In this document: positions 1 through 13,029 of the stretch, piece after piece | How the letters are laid out: each line of letters begins with the position of its first letter | How positions within the stretch are numbered: position 1 is the first letter of the stretch | Assembly (NCBI RefSeq): GCF_006345805.1 | Contig: NC_043003.1 | Location: forward strand, 99,014,001 to 99,078,000 | Length of the DNA stretch: 64,000 bases | Direction: 5' to 3' | Origin: Octopus sinensis | Lineage: Eukaryota | Position numbers and translations under genes: made by a program | Notes under the pieces: generated by a model | The model's database searches: none | What the model saw: the letters and a program-made list of their open reading frames with translations, nothing else | What the model was told of the DNA's origin: nothing

Positions 1-149
1 GTTGACCCTAGAGGTTTTAATGGCGGGCTGTTATTTTAGCTCAGTGATGTTAGTTTGACATGACAAGTGTTCAGTTCGTATGCGTAGTTATCGAATTAAC
101 GTTTTTTGATTGTCACTGCACACATATGTGTTTCAAGTTTTCTATACGT

Positions 150-157
150 CTGCATAT

Positions 158-191
<34 letters not shown>

Positions 192-412
192 GCACACAGA
201 CATACACACACACATATGCATATATATATTTATATATATATATACATAAATATCAAACATGTACATATATGTGTGAGTGTGCGGGTGGATGTGAGTATAA
301 GCATATAATATTATATCCCTGTACACGATATATTATACATATACGTATACATATGCATATGTTTGTATGTGATTGCGTCTGTGCATGTATAATATACGTA
401 AGTAAAATTTAA

Positions 413-461
<49 letters not shown>

Positions 462-650
462 ATGTATATACACATATATATATATACAATATATATATAC
501 ATATATACATATATATATACATGTATATACATATATACATATATATACATTTATATGTACATATATATAATATATATATATCATAATATATATATATATA
601 TATGCATGTATGTAGTATATATATGTATGTATGTATGCGTATATACATAC

Positions 651-718
<68 letters not shown>

Positions 719-770
719 ATGTTTATGCATGTTTATACGTAGGTGTATTTGTGTGTATATGTGTATGTGA
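150..770. repeat. Compound (CA)n/(TA)n/(TATG)n microsatellite field
   Basis: Direct dinucleotide/tetranucleotide runs; source of the spurious YI/HT-rich ORFs. Confidence 0.95.
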
Positions 771-1029
771 AAGCTTTATAATTTTAGAATATCCAATATT
801 TTTTGTCGGAAAATCTTAAATATCCTCTATACTAAATAAAAAATTATATTTTATATTTTGATAACGATCTTAATGATGTGTATTATCGTAATACCAATAT
901 CTGCAGATATTCATATACTGCTATCTACTTCTTATGGATTTGGTCGGTGGTTGTCGGAGAAGTGTCATGAGCGCATTACATTCGCCAGCGAGTGAAGTAG
1001 AGATGCATTAGTGCATATATACACATTGA

Positions 1030-2210
1030 CTCATGCACACATCGCCTTCGACGACTTTGCAGCATCTATTCTGATTTCGAATCCAATTCCAAAACGATGC
1101 AATAGTCTTTTTCTAATTCGAGGGTATCCTTCTTCAGTTGTTGACCCGGCACTCCACCGAGCCCAAGCCATCAACCACACCGCAACTCTCCTACCATTTT
1201 CAAGCATTTCCACCAACCGTATGCCACTCTCTCTCACCTACCACCCGTCCATACACCCTCTAAAGCACAAACTCACCCACAAATTTTAAGTTCTTTTTCT
1301 GACCCAACAGCCGCCCCTATCTTTACCACACCGCCTCTCCTCTATTTTAAAAGAGATAGGTGTCTTAGAAAATCTTCTTGTTAGAAACTTCACAGCTCCC
1401 AGCTCCGCACAACCAGGAAACTTTAAGTGTTCTAGCCGACGATGTAACACATGCTCCTACATCAACAATATTACCACCACCACGGGGCCCAAGAGGCAAT
1501 ATCACATAACACACCACTTCTGTTGCATTTCGGCGAATCTCATATATTGCATCGTATGCAAACTCTGCAGTACTCGTTACATTGGAGAAACAGGGCAACG
1601 CCTTTGGGATCGCTCTCGCGAACACATCAGAACCTTAATTCTTCGTATGTCAGGCCAACCCGTCGCCACCTACTTCAACACTGTGAACCATTCTATTGCA
1701 GACTAATCAATGTGTGGTATGGCCTTGCACCACGGATCCCCTTCTCCAAGAAACGAAAGGAACCCCGTCTCATATTTGATCATGGCACTACGTTCCCAAT
1801 AGGTATGAATGAACGCTTTTCCTTTTATCCTTTCACCTCCTCTTAATTCTTTTTTACCCTTTCTAATCCTCCTTTCACATTCTCTCTGCAACATTACTGT
1901 ACTTACTTACCTCTACTCTCTCTATCACCTTTTTCCTTCTCCTTTCTGCACGCCTTCTCCAATAACTTTTGTTTTACATTAGCAGCCCGTGTCATTCTGC
2001 GTCCATTATCAGTTGCAGCAAGTTTTTCAAGCGGAGAGGATGTAAACTCTGTTTGACTTTTTTTCCTTTTCTCTTTTTCTCTGCCCCCTGACGAAGGATT
2101 GAATTCGAAACGTTGGATATTGCACTCCTCGCGGCAAGTTCACTGTACCCCTTTCACTTTTTTCCATATTTTTTCAAGTCTTGCCGACGCAGAGCTATCA
2201 TATTATTGCC
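1030..2210 (+). mobile_element. Penelope-like (Neptune-type) retroelement, 5'-truncated and degenerate: RT thumb, Cys linker, GIY-YIG endonuclease, 3' pLTR
   Basis: Manual translation gives RLRRLCS..LIRGYP (thumb), FKCSSRRCNTC (Cys-rich linker) and NLIYCIVCKLCSTRYIGETGQRLWDRSREHIR (GIY-YIG); stops and frameshifts present. Confidence 0.85.
2084..2118 (+). ncRNA. Minimal type I hammerhead ribozyme motif in Penelope pLTR (degenerate stem I)
   Basis: CTGACGA-A-GGATTGAATTC-GAAACGTT: conserved core boxes and palindromic stem III (AACGTT) at the 3' end of the element. Confidence 0.6.
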
Positions 2211-2284
2211 TGATCATTATATGCATATATACGTTTGAGTATCAAGAAAATTGAGCAGGTTCACCTCGATTATCCATGGAATGT

Positions 2285-3930
2285 GTCAAGTTGGATTTTG
2301 TGAGGCTGTGAACTGACACATACATGAAACAAGCAAACCGAAGTCATAGGAAGAAAAAATAATTATGACAAAATAAACAGACTGTTGGAGAATGAATTCC
2401 GAGCAATCCTTGGAGATGATCCAATTTCCGTTAGATGAAGCATTAAAGGATATTCTATGTACATCAGGAACGAGGAACTCAAGACAAGGGCCATAAAGTG
2501 CAAATCTCATGAATAGTTTTCTTGTTACACTTGACCGAAATAGGTCAAATGTTTTAAAGGTATCTAAACGAAAACTCGAAAGTCATTTATGCTGTTTCTT
2601 CACGGACCTCCTTGAAGACGTCTTCCCAGCTACAATCACAGAAGAGTTGCTACCACCGAAGTTTGAAAACCATTTCGACTTTTCTGATCCCACTGCCAAA
2701 CAAGTCGATATGTAAATAAAGGAGACGAGATCCAGTTGAGTCTCTAGACAACAATGGTATCGCACACGAGACTTAGGGACATTGTTCGTCATCCTTAGAT
2801 CGTCGAAGATTTTATCGCAGCAGGAGTGCAAAGAAGCAACTGCCCTTGAGGAATGATACTTGGTAGACTTATAGCTGTCTAAGCTAAAGAGAGTGAGGTC
2901 AATTAATCATTATCATCCAATATCACTCCTCAGGGTAGTCGGTAAAGTGTCTTGTAGAAGATTTGCTAAGTGTGTCAAGGTTCCTAGAACTGAATGCACT
3001 CATAAGCATATCAGTTCAGTAAGACAGTGTTCTGTGTTCCTTAGTTTCCTAGAACATACTCAGATAGTTTTGGGTTCTACCCAGCACTCAAGAAGAAAAG
3101 ACAAGACCTTCCGATTTCTGGCTTTATCTGAGAAATGGTCATGGATGAAACGCAGTGCTCACAAGCGCTGATACCAAACGCGTCAGATTCTTTTGTATTT
3201 CAGCTCATGTTAGTGTTGTGGAAACATTCCAAACACCTCATGGGACTAAAAGTGGGTTGGGCTGACATAATGCCATAAAATAAAGAACTATCAGTAGTTC
3301 ACAATAAGCAGTTCACTGTGAGCCGTTGGCAGAGAGCGTTTAACCTTGTGTCACAGTAACAGTAGTGTGTCATGGGAATACTTTCTTCCCTCTTGCGTCG
3401 TTAAATTATATATCCAACACCAGAATATGAAAATTCGTAAAATTTTAATGCGATACTTTGAAGCATACTACCATCAAGAATTTCACGATCAACTGGTAAT
3501 TATAGGAAAAAATCACCATGGTGCCTCTTTCTGATGGATATGGAGTTGCTTTTGAGAAGAGCAAAAAGCTTCACGAAGGAACTGAATGTCAGAAAACAGC
3601 CAAAACAACTACTACTGTGTGATCTTATGGGTGATATTATCACCTTAATAGACTCAAAGAAACCTTATGGCGAGTTTAGATGAGTTGTTTCGACAATGTC
3701 GAGTGATTTCCCACAGATACAAAAAGAAAAGAAAAAATGTCTCTACTAAGTAGGATTAATTTCATTTTGAAATTGGAAAGAAGCTGATTCGGTTGCTTAG
3801 GGAACTGGCAATAAGGAGTCTTTACAGTAGATCTAAATAGTACTAAGATGGGGAACGAGACTGATGCCAAGTTGAGATTGTGGCTAACTACTATTAATAA
3901 ATGTGGCTTAAAAGAGGAATTTAAGTTATA
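2285..3930 (+). mobile_element. Degenerate HERO/R2-group non-LTR retrotransposon RT fragment
   Basis: Broken frames read DFSDPTAKQV..KETRSS, INHYHPISLLRVVGK, SFLEHTQIV, KIRKILMRYF, MELLLRRA and LMGDI (FMDD-like), in RT domain order. Confidence 0.6.
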
Positions 3931-4510
3931 GTATTGTTGACATAAACTTTAAGTGTATGATATATTATTAACATGAATGAAAGAAAGAATGGAAATGAGC
4001 TAACAAATTCCTACGAAAGCGGCTTAGTCTATCTGAAGGGATGAGTTATTTAATGTACCTTTTCCTTTTCTGAGATATAGGTTGCAATAAGATAGGAAAT
4101 TTGGCTGCTGCTTCTAACAGTTCGACCTCCCGCGTAAAGTCGTCCTCGCTCGTCCATTTAATCTACCCTAACTTTTGTCAGAAGTTTGATGTCATAGGAA
4201 GAGTAATTTAGTTATACTATCTAGCAGGGCGATTGACGCTTTATTTGACATTTGTCATGTTAGATCGTAATGGTGAATGCGTTCTGAGGTAAAATAGTGA
4301 TATATTTTTTTATGTAATTATTTCATTCAAATTTTTAATGTGTTTATTTTGAAGGTGGAATTTCGTTTATCCTATTTTAAAGGATCTGAATTTTAAAATC
4401 TTTAAATAATTTTATAATGTTTTCTCATTGGAGAAAGATAATTATCTAGCTTTACAAAAGAACATGAAATTACATGGAGGTTAACAAAAAGTTTCGGAAA
4501 TAGACTTCAG

Positions 4511-4662
4511 TGGCAGGTGTGGCTATGTGGCAAGCAGCCTGTTCCCAACTTCATCGTTCGGGACTCAGTCCCACTGCAGAGCACTTTGGGCAAACGTTTT
4601 CTACTCCGGACGATCAAAGCCTTGTGAGTGGATTTGGTAGACGGAAACTGAAAGAAGCCCCT
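4511..4662 (+). mobile_element. SINE family A, head and core only
   Basis: Similar to the 5' half of full copies such as 58421-58820. Confidence 0.75.
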
Positions 4663-4701
4663 AGTATGAATGTATATATATATATATATATATAGAGAAG
4701 A

Positions 4702-4736
<35 letters not shown>

Positions 4737-4992
4737 TTTGAAGTGACACATCTAGCCGACCAGGTATTCTGTGCTGAGGAAGGAAAATAACCCAGAAACA
4801 GCTGTCCGCAGATATTGCTTTGTGCTGAGTGAGGATGCGAAACTCCCCTGTTCGAAAATATAAAGACACTGATAGTATGTCATATAGCTAACCGGAGACG
4901 ATGTTTCCTGGGGCTAAACAACAGTAACATTCGTCCCAACCTGGACTGCCATGTTATGTTGGCAAATAATGTTTACTTTATATATATATATG

Positions 4993-5024
<32 letters not shown>

Positions 5025-5032
5025 CGTGTGTG

Positions 5033-5078
<46 letters not shown>

Positions 5079-5398
5079 CATGTCTATATACAAACCTATC
5101 AGTAACGTAACTCTAGTGACTCCTTAAAACAGTTGTAAGCTAAATTTATTCCACTAAAAGAAAAATATGTAACTACCATCATTTGTACCTTGCCTTGTAA
5201 ATCACTCTGTGTAAAAACCAGTGTAACTGGAGCCTAACCGCGGATTTACAATACAGAATGGTAATGACCTATAACCTCGGAGCCTGCCACAAAAATACTT
5301 GGAGTTCTTCACTAATCTCATCAACATTGTTAGCCTGGTGTACTAACAGAGAGCTTATGAAGTATTTTTCCCGGATTGATAGTAAATCTGTTATAGAT

Positions 5399-5473
<75 letters not shown>

Positions 5474-5874
5474 TGTGTATGACACTGAAAGTGGCTACCC
5501 GTTGATCCTTTAATAAACAATTGGATACTCAAGGAATGCAGTATGATCTACATAAACGGAGTAGAGTTACAAATACCAATATACACCAGAGAAATCCGAT
5601 AATTATCATAACATAGATTAAATATAAAAGGCGGAGATAATCTCAAAAAGCCGTCGCCAAAACAAGTTTTACACGACATTTTACAGTACAAGGAGAATAA
5701 AAATTGATTCATCTATCGGGTGTAAGCAATAGAGAGAGCAGGAATCATACGACACAATTTATTGAAGAACTGAAAGCAAAAAAAAAATGGTGTTAGTATT
5801 TTAAACATGTCTTCGTTTGTCTGGCAAGAATTTTGCAGCAATGGAAAAGTCATCAACTTTAAATATTCCACGAT

Positions 5875-5938
5875 ATATACATACATACATGCATGCATAC
5901 ATACATACATACATACATACATACATACATACATACAT

Positions 5939-5978
<40 letters not shown>

Positions 5979-6328
5979 ACATACATACATACATACATAC
6001 ATGCATACATACACACACACATACATACATACATACATACATACATACATACATACATACATACATACATACATACATACATACATACATGCATGCATAT
6101 ATGCTTATGTATGTATGTATGAATGCATGTATGTATGCATGTATGCATGCACGCATGTATATGTGTGTGTGTGTATGTGTAGATATACATATACACACAT
6201 ATATGTATTCATATATATATATATATATATATACATATATATATGTATATATATACATACATATATACACACACGTATATGTATGTACCAGTATGTATAT
6301 ACACATACATATATATTTATATATATAT

Positions 6329-6361
<33 letters not shown>

Positions 6362-6445
6362 CACATGTATTTACATATAAATACATACAAACATGCATAC
6401 ATACATGCAAACATACATACATACATACATACATACATACATACA
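5875..6445. repeat. (TACA)n/(TA)n microsatellite
   Basis: Direct tandem repeat. Confidence 0.95.
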
Positions 6446-7115
6446 ATGAGAGACATAGAAGTGGAGAGGTTGAGAGGAAGAGAAAGAACGAAGGAATAAG
6501 AGAGTGAAGAAGAGAAACTGATGATTAGCGAGAGAGGAGTGTAGGCATTTGTATCAAGAGTATATATGTTTGGGGATTATAGCTTTATTCAAATTAAAAA
6601 TGAATACATATTTATAAACCGCTCGGAGGTTGTTTACTTACCAGAATGTAAAACTTCCTTCGTTCGTGTTTTACTTTCCGTCTGGGAATGAAAGTAAATC
6701 TGGGTCTGAGTTCTCACTGAAATTTCATTTGCAATAAAACAGCATTAAAAATTCTTCGGGTCGTGGAATTTGTCTATGCGAGGTCGCTCAATTTGCTAGA
6801 GATATCAGCCAAATTTTCTTTAAATATCACTTCGCCATGTTAAGAAAAACCAAATGAAGCATTTATTGTAAAAGTCATCTCTTCTTTTGTTTGTTTTCAG
6901 TCGCTGTTTCGCGACCATGCAGGAGTCCCATCTCTGAAGATTTCAATAGTTTAAATTGTGATAATTGCTTCTTATTTTTCAGTCTGGTCCTTATCCCATT
7001 ATTCCGTGATTCACGAACCGCTATTGTCATGGCCATGTAAATAAAACAAACTCGGTTGTCAAAGCGGTGTGAGACAACCAAAAAGACAAACGCACACATA
7101 AACACAAACACACGT

Positions 7116-7158
<43 letters not shown>

Positions 7159-7170
7159 CTGGTAAGTAAA

Positions 7171-7402
7171 CAAGGCGGCGAGCTGGCAGAAACGTTAGCA
7201 CGCCGGGCGAAATGCTTAGCGGTATTTCGTCTGACGTTACGTTCTGAGTTCGAATTCTGCCGAGGTCAACTTTGCCTTTCATCCTTTCGGGGTCGATAAA
7301 TAAAGTACCAATTTCGCACTGGGGGCGATATAATCGACTCAATCTCTTCATCTGTCCTTGTGTGTCCTCTCTATGTTTAGCCCCTTGTGTGCAGTAAAGA
7401 AA
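7171..7402 (+). mobile_element. SINE family B (tRNA head, Meta-like core, Tx1-like tail), full length
   Basis: aaggcggcgagctggcagaa head, B box gagttcgaattc, gcctttcatcctttcggggtcgataaa core, tail ccccttgtgtgcagtaaagaaata running into (TA)n. Confidence 0.85.
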
Positions 7403-7667
7403 TATATATATATATATATATATATATATGACCGCACAGTTTCATGATACGAGGCTACAGATTCAGTTGCCAAAAGTGCCACGCACAGAGACTGAACACG
7501 AAACTACATGGCTGCCACCCGAACTTCTTAACTATATTTCCTATACCTGTGTCGTTTGACACTATGTATAAAAAAGCATCCTTATGATCAGATTCTCCGA
7601 TATAAGGGACAATAAATAAAACCTTCGTTGGTATTATGAATAACCGCCCGGCTGAATAAAGCTTGAA

Positions 7668-8229
7668 GCAATGTTATTTACCAGTTCAAATATGCCAGTG
7701 ACACGTTCAGACTTGTAAAGAAGCCATTAACTGTGTTTTGTCATTGAGTAAATTTCTCGCTGTAAGACAGATGGTGTAGATACACCTAAATCAGCTCGCA
7801 GCGCCACCTGTCCAAACTACGAGATGCAAGCATTTCGGAGTTGTTATTTCATCTTCTGTCACAGAAACCGAATGGTGGCGCTGCGAGCTGATAAAAATTA
7901 AAAAAAACAATATCTCTTATGTTATTCCAGTCAACGTACATCGGTTGGTTGCGCAAATCGACGGCTTGACGTATGTTGAATGGAAAAACATGAGAGATTG
8001 CCTCTCTCATCAGCTCGCAGCGCCACCATTCGGTTTCTGTGATTGAAGAGGAGATAACAACTACAAAATGCTATATCTCGCAGTCAGGATAGGTGGCGCT
8101 GCGATCTGATTTAGTGTATTTACAACATTATCCTACAGCGAGAAATTTTCTCCATGGCAAAACACAGTGAATGGCTTTTTTACAAGTCCGAACGTGTCAC
8201 TAGCATATTCGAACTGTTTATAACATTGC
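7668..8229. repeat. ~560-bp imperfect palindrome (foldback/MITE-like) with nested inverted repeats
   Basis: Left arm gcaatgttat...gagctgat is the reverse complement of right arm atcagctc...ataacattgc over about 270 bp. Confidence 0.9.
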
Positions 8230-8763
8230 ATTTGAACTCATCACTGCTTAGTGCTCCCATTCCGTAAAATTTGAAACAGTATTAAAATCTCAAACAGCCA
8301 TCTATGTATCTCTTTAATGCATACACAGACAAATTAACAGACAAATTCCTGTGGTATTAGTCCCGAGATAACATCTCGGGCTGCTATTAGCAGTAACAGT
8401 AGATGACTTATTCAGTTTCCTATATCGGCGCCAAGAAATCTCATCCATGAATGTGGATGTGAGTACACGTCATTGACAAACCTCATATAAGCCGACACGC
8501 ATCTGGTGTTTCTTGCCAACTGCTGCTGGGCTGACTTTTTCGACCCCACCCCCGAAAATATGTTGTCATTTTAAATACAATACGTCAATAACAGACGATA
8601 ACTTGCCACTAATGTCGCAGTAACTTGTCTGTCAACGATATATGTACATTTCATATTGTTACGTATATGGTTGTTTCAATATAATACAACTTCAATTGCG
8701 TATAATTCCTCAGCTTATTTTTCTTGTTTGCTAAGATATATATACATATACATACATATGCAT

Positions 8764-8822
<59 letters not shown>

Positions 8823-8829
8823 CATATAT

Positions 8830-9021
8830 AGTTAATCCAAACAAGAAAGCACAAAAAACACAACACAACAACGCGATGACGTGGAACAAATATAGTATTA
8901 TTGGACGCTCAGGAAAGAAGGAAAGAAGGAGGGCTTAACGTTTCGAGCGGAGCTCTTCGTCGGAAACATAGGAGAAGGAAAGATCCAGAGAAGGGAATAC
9001 AGAGGGAAAAAATCGCCAACG

Positions 9022-9025
<4 letters not shown>
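8830..9025 (-). mobile_element. Short Penelope-pLTR-like element in (TA)n carrying a hammerhead motif (8933-8967)
   Basis: Minus strand GTTT-CCGACGA-A-GAGC-TCC-GCTC-GAAACGTT-AAGC: stems I, II and III all pair; (TA)n on both sides. Confidence 0.75.
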
Positions 9026-9088
<63 letters not shown>

Positions 9089-9146
9089 TGTATGTATGTA
9101 TGTATGTATGAATGTATGTATATATACACACACATACATATGTATA

Positions 9147-9191
<45 letters not shown>

Positions 9192-9209
9192 CATGTACGT
9201 ATATATGAA

Positions 9210-9508
9210 TGCGCGTGGTTTAGTGGTTTGACAAATCGGCTCTCGAGCGTAAGTTCGTGAGTTCGATTCCCCGCGACGCACTGTGTCCTTGACCAAAACA
9301 CTTTATTTCATGTTGCTCCAGGACACTCTGCAGACAAAACTGAGTAGTACGTGTATGTCAAATGGCCTGCTTTGTCATATTTTGTGTCATACTGAATCTC
9401 CCTGAGTACTACGTTAAGGGTACATGTGTCTGTGGAGTGCGGTAATTTCACGCGCAGGCTCTTCCGTTGATCAGCTGGAACCCTCGTCGTCGTAATTGAT
9501 GAAGTGTC
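9210..9508 (+). mobile_element. SINE family C (V-like core), diverged
   Basis: A/B boxes, tgtccttgaccaaaacactttat core and ggaaccctcgtcgtcgtaa tail; homologous to 39176-39500. Confidence 0.8.
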
Positions 9509-9515
9509 ATGTATA

Positions 9516-10802
9516 TCAGGTCATCCCATAAGTTCTGTCCGTTTTTACGTTTTTTTAAAATTGAACGAAATTTAATAGTATTTTAGAATGTCTAATGGAA
9601 TTAAAAATTATTTTTATGCTTTTGTGTACATTTAAACTAATTAAATATTATTTTACAGAATAATAGAATTAGAATTTCTTTGATTAAAATCCTTTCTAAC
9701 ATGTAAGTATCCAAAGAGCATTTGAGGCACATAATGCTTTATGAGTATAAAAAAGGAAACTCTGCAGCCGAAGCGACTCGAAACATACATTCAGTTTATG
9801 GGAAAGAATGTTTGAATGAAAGAACTTGCAGAAGATGGTTTGCAAAATTCAGAAGTGGAGATTTCAGCCTTGAAGATGATGATCGAACAGGACGTCCAGT
9901 TGAGTTTGCTGATAAGCTCCTTGAGGCATTTCTTGAAGAAAATCCTGCATTATCAGTTGAAGAATTAGCAATAAAGCTTAGTTCAAACCATACAACTGTT
10001 CATCGTCATCTTGAACAACTTGGAAAGTTTCTTAGAGTTGGAAAATGGGTGACTTATGAATTGTCCGAAAGCAACTGCAAATCCCGAATTGACATCTGCT
10101 CTTCTCTCCATTCTCACGAACTCATTTCACTCTTTTTGAATAAACATGTGACTGACTGGTGACGAAAAATGTATCTTCTATCGAAATGATAAACGTCGTA
10201 TTCAATGGCTTGGTAAGAGGGAAAAAGCTCAACCACAACTATGAAGGGAACTTCATGGGAAAAAGGGGTTTTTTTTCTATCTGATGGGATTGCATAGGAG
10301 TAATTCACTTTGAATTGTTACCACCTAATGCAACAATCAATGCTTAAGTCTACTATCAGCAATTAGAACGTTTAAACTAAGCTTTGAAGAAAAAAGACCC
10401 GCTTTAGAGAATCGAAAAGAAGTGATGTTTCATCAGGACTATGCGCGACCCCACACTGCATAGATCACATCACAGAAGATCGAAGATCTTGGTTGGGAAA
10501 AGTTCCTCATCCACCTTATTCTCCCGACCTTGCTCCTTCAGACTACCATTTGTTTCGTAGTTTACAGAATCATTTGGGGAACATAACTTTCGCAAGCCAG
10601 GAGGAGGTCGAAACTGACGTTTCAGAGTTCTTCGCTTTGAACCAAAAGAGTTTTACATTGATAGGATTAAAAAGCTTGTAGATAGATGGAAGTCATAGAT
10701 AATCAGGGAAAGTACATTGATGATTAAATTTCAATTAAATATAACATTTGATCACTTGTTTTCTTTATTCAAAATTCGGACAGAACTTATGGAATGACCT
10801 GA
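9516..10802 (+). mobile_element. Full-length mariner (DD34D) transposon, 1287 bp
   Basis: TIRs tcaggtcatcccataagttctgtccg / cggacagaacttatggaatgacctga; TA flanks at 9514-9515 and 10803-10804. Confidence 0.95.
9701..10726 (+). pseudogene. Mariner transposase pseudogene
   Basis: HTH region WFAKFRSGDFSLED..GRP, KWVTYEL (WVPHEL-like), TGDEK, HQDYARPH, HPPYSPDLAPSDYHLF; ATG followed by TAA and several further stops/frameshifts. Confidence 0.92.
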
Positions 10803-10814
10803 TACAAAAGGATC

Positions 10815-11055
10815 AAATATCCTTCCCGGAACCTATTCTCATAAGGCCGTTTTCCCGGATTCTGTGGCGTATATATTCCTCACCTTGACTGGACACTGGT
10901 TTGTTATAGGATTACTCGTTTTTGCCAGTTGAGTGCACGTGAGCAATGTGAAAGGAAGTGTTTTGCTCAAGAACATAACACATTAACCGGTCAACGAATC
11001 GAAACCGCAATCCCTCGATCAAGCGTGCAACGTCCTAAATACAAACACACAAGGC
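10815..11055 (-). mobile_element. SINE family C variant (V-like core, alternative tail)
   Basis: Reverse B box aatcgaaacc, core ttgctcaagaacataaca, tail similar to 28097-28200. Confidence 0.6.
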
Positions 11056-11295
11056 CCCATAAGTATTTAAATGCCGATAAACATTTTCTCCAGTAACCTG
11101 TGGTGTTTTTTGTATATGAAAAAGAAACTCGATTTTACAAACATTTTTCTAAAGATATGATTCTTAAAGAACCCCTCCATTCATCTGTCCAAGCAGATAT
11201 GAGATTTTTATTCTCATCAAATGCTTATTTTCATTTACATTCTCCCTACAATGCTTACCATTCACTCCTTACCTCTTTTTCTCTCTCACCCAATC

Positions 11296-11332
<37 letters not shown>

Positions 11333-11806
11333 ACACACACACACGTATATTTGGATATGTATGTATATTTGTGTGTGCTTTCGATTGTATGTATGTATAT
11401 TTATATGCTTGTGTGTATATGTGTGTGTATATATTTGTGTGTATGTATGTGTGTTTGTGTGTGTGCGTGTGCGTTATGTCTATGTGCGTGTATGAATGTA
11501 TGTGTGTATGTATGCATGTAATAATATTGTTTATATTCAATTTTCATCACCTCTTTCATAAACACGAATTACTTTAAGCGGAAGTAAAGTGTACCATCCT
11601 CCGTTCGCAAAATGAGAAAAAAATCTGTACGTAGTTACATCGAAGGTCACAGTTCCACGCATTTCTATTCACGATTCATGTAGCCATAACATACTCAACC
11701 CTACTCTTTCTTTCATTTATTTATTTATCTATTTAATATTTGCGGCTTTGTCGTTTTTTTTATCATTATTTAGCAATATTTCTTTCGATGAATCTATTGT
11801 AAAGAT

Positions 11807-12062
11807 CAATGGTTCTGAACTAGGCTCCATAAGATCCTTTGGGACCATATAAGACATTCGTCGTTAAAATTTATTTGTAATAATTGGTTAGTACTTCTAC
11901 AATATACAAGATGTTTTAGAATTTTTTAAATACAATTCCAAATAATATTTCATTACAAATATATAATGAGAATGTTTTTAACGTTAAATGGCTGATGGGG
12001 TCCATCTAAGTAAAGAGGAACCTAAGGGGACCATATTTTTTTTAAATGGTTGGGAACTGCTG
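11807..12062. mobile_element. Old hAT/Charlie-like MITE
   Basis: Imperfect TIRs caatggttctgaac / gttgggaactgctg resembling CAGTGGTTCCCAAC; TSD not recognisable. Confidence 0.5.
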
Positions 12063-12183
12063 GCATAAAGTAACCGCGCGCGATTCCTCACTTATCTGAG
12101 GATCTGAGGATCGAAACCGTAACACTAGTAGCTGTAATTTCTAAAGATCCGGCTCCAAAATACAAACTATAAACTCAATTTAT

Positions 12184-12553
12184 AGGTTTCAAATTTTGGC
12201 ACAAGGCCACCAAGTTTGGGGGACGGGGTAAGCCCATTACATCGACCCCAGTACTCGACTGGTATTTATTTTATCAACCCCAACAGGATGACTGGCAAAG
12301 TCAACTTCAGTAGACTTTGAACTCAGATCGTGAAAACAGACAAAATACCTATTTCTTTATTACCCACAAGGGACTAAACATAGAGGGGACAAGCAAGGAC
12401 AGACATGGGTATTAAGTCGATTACATCGACCCCAGTGCGTAACTGGTACTTAATTTATCGACCCCGAAAGGATGAAAGGCAAAGTCGACCTCGGCGAAAA
12501 TACCGCTAAGCATTTCGCCCGGTTTGCTAGCGCTTGTTCCAAATCGCCACCTT
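12184..12553 (-). mobile_element. SINE B with a second 5'-truncated SINE B (12350-12496) nested in its head
   Basis: Two Meta-like cores; aaaatacc duplicated at 12342-12349 and 12497-12504. Confidence 0.8.
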
Positions 12554-13029
12554 GCGCTCTTCTTATTTTAAACTGAGTACTTTTACTTCAAGTTTATATC
12601 ACATATGAGAGACCAATGTGGTAAAGAAATTAGCATTGCAACACGGGATTTCGAGTTCAGTTCTACTGCGTAGACTAGAGCAAGTGTTATCTACTATAGC
12701 CTCGGGTTGATTAATGCATTGTGAATGAATTTCTGCGGCGGAAACTGTGTGGAAGCTCTTGGCCATGTGCTTGTGTTTTGACTCCCTCCGCCAGCGAGTA
12801 AATTAAGGATTCGGCAAAAGAGAAAGATAGAAGAGTACCAGTACGAGATTAAGTATAAGCATCCTCACGTTTCCATCACCTTTCAGTCGGTGAATATCCA
12901 AGGTGTGACAGGAGACAGAAGGTGGCTGCAGTGCCTTACTAAAGGACACAACATGCAGCTCGTTTCCAAAACCGAACTTACGATCTGTTGATATCACCAG
13001 TCCATATAAATAATTACACACACACATTT

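Noticed and set aside
5100-5400. Possible GIY-YIG remnant
   Set aside because: Only a vague IICTLPCKSL similarity; key YIG motif absent
7985-8016. Hammerhead on minus strand (CTGATGA-GAGAG..CTCTC)
   Set aside because: No GAAA box after the hairpin; part of the palindrome
8660-8720. Hammerhead-like CTGAGGA...GAAAC on minus strand
   Set aside because: Stems I and III do not pair convincingly
12094-12125. Hammerhead-like ctgaggatctgaggatcgaaaccgt
   Set aside because: Core spacing is wrong; better explained as a reversed B box with an 8-bp duplication
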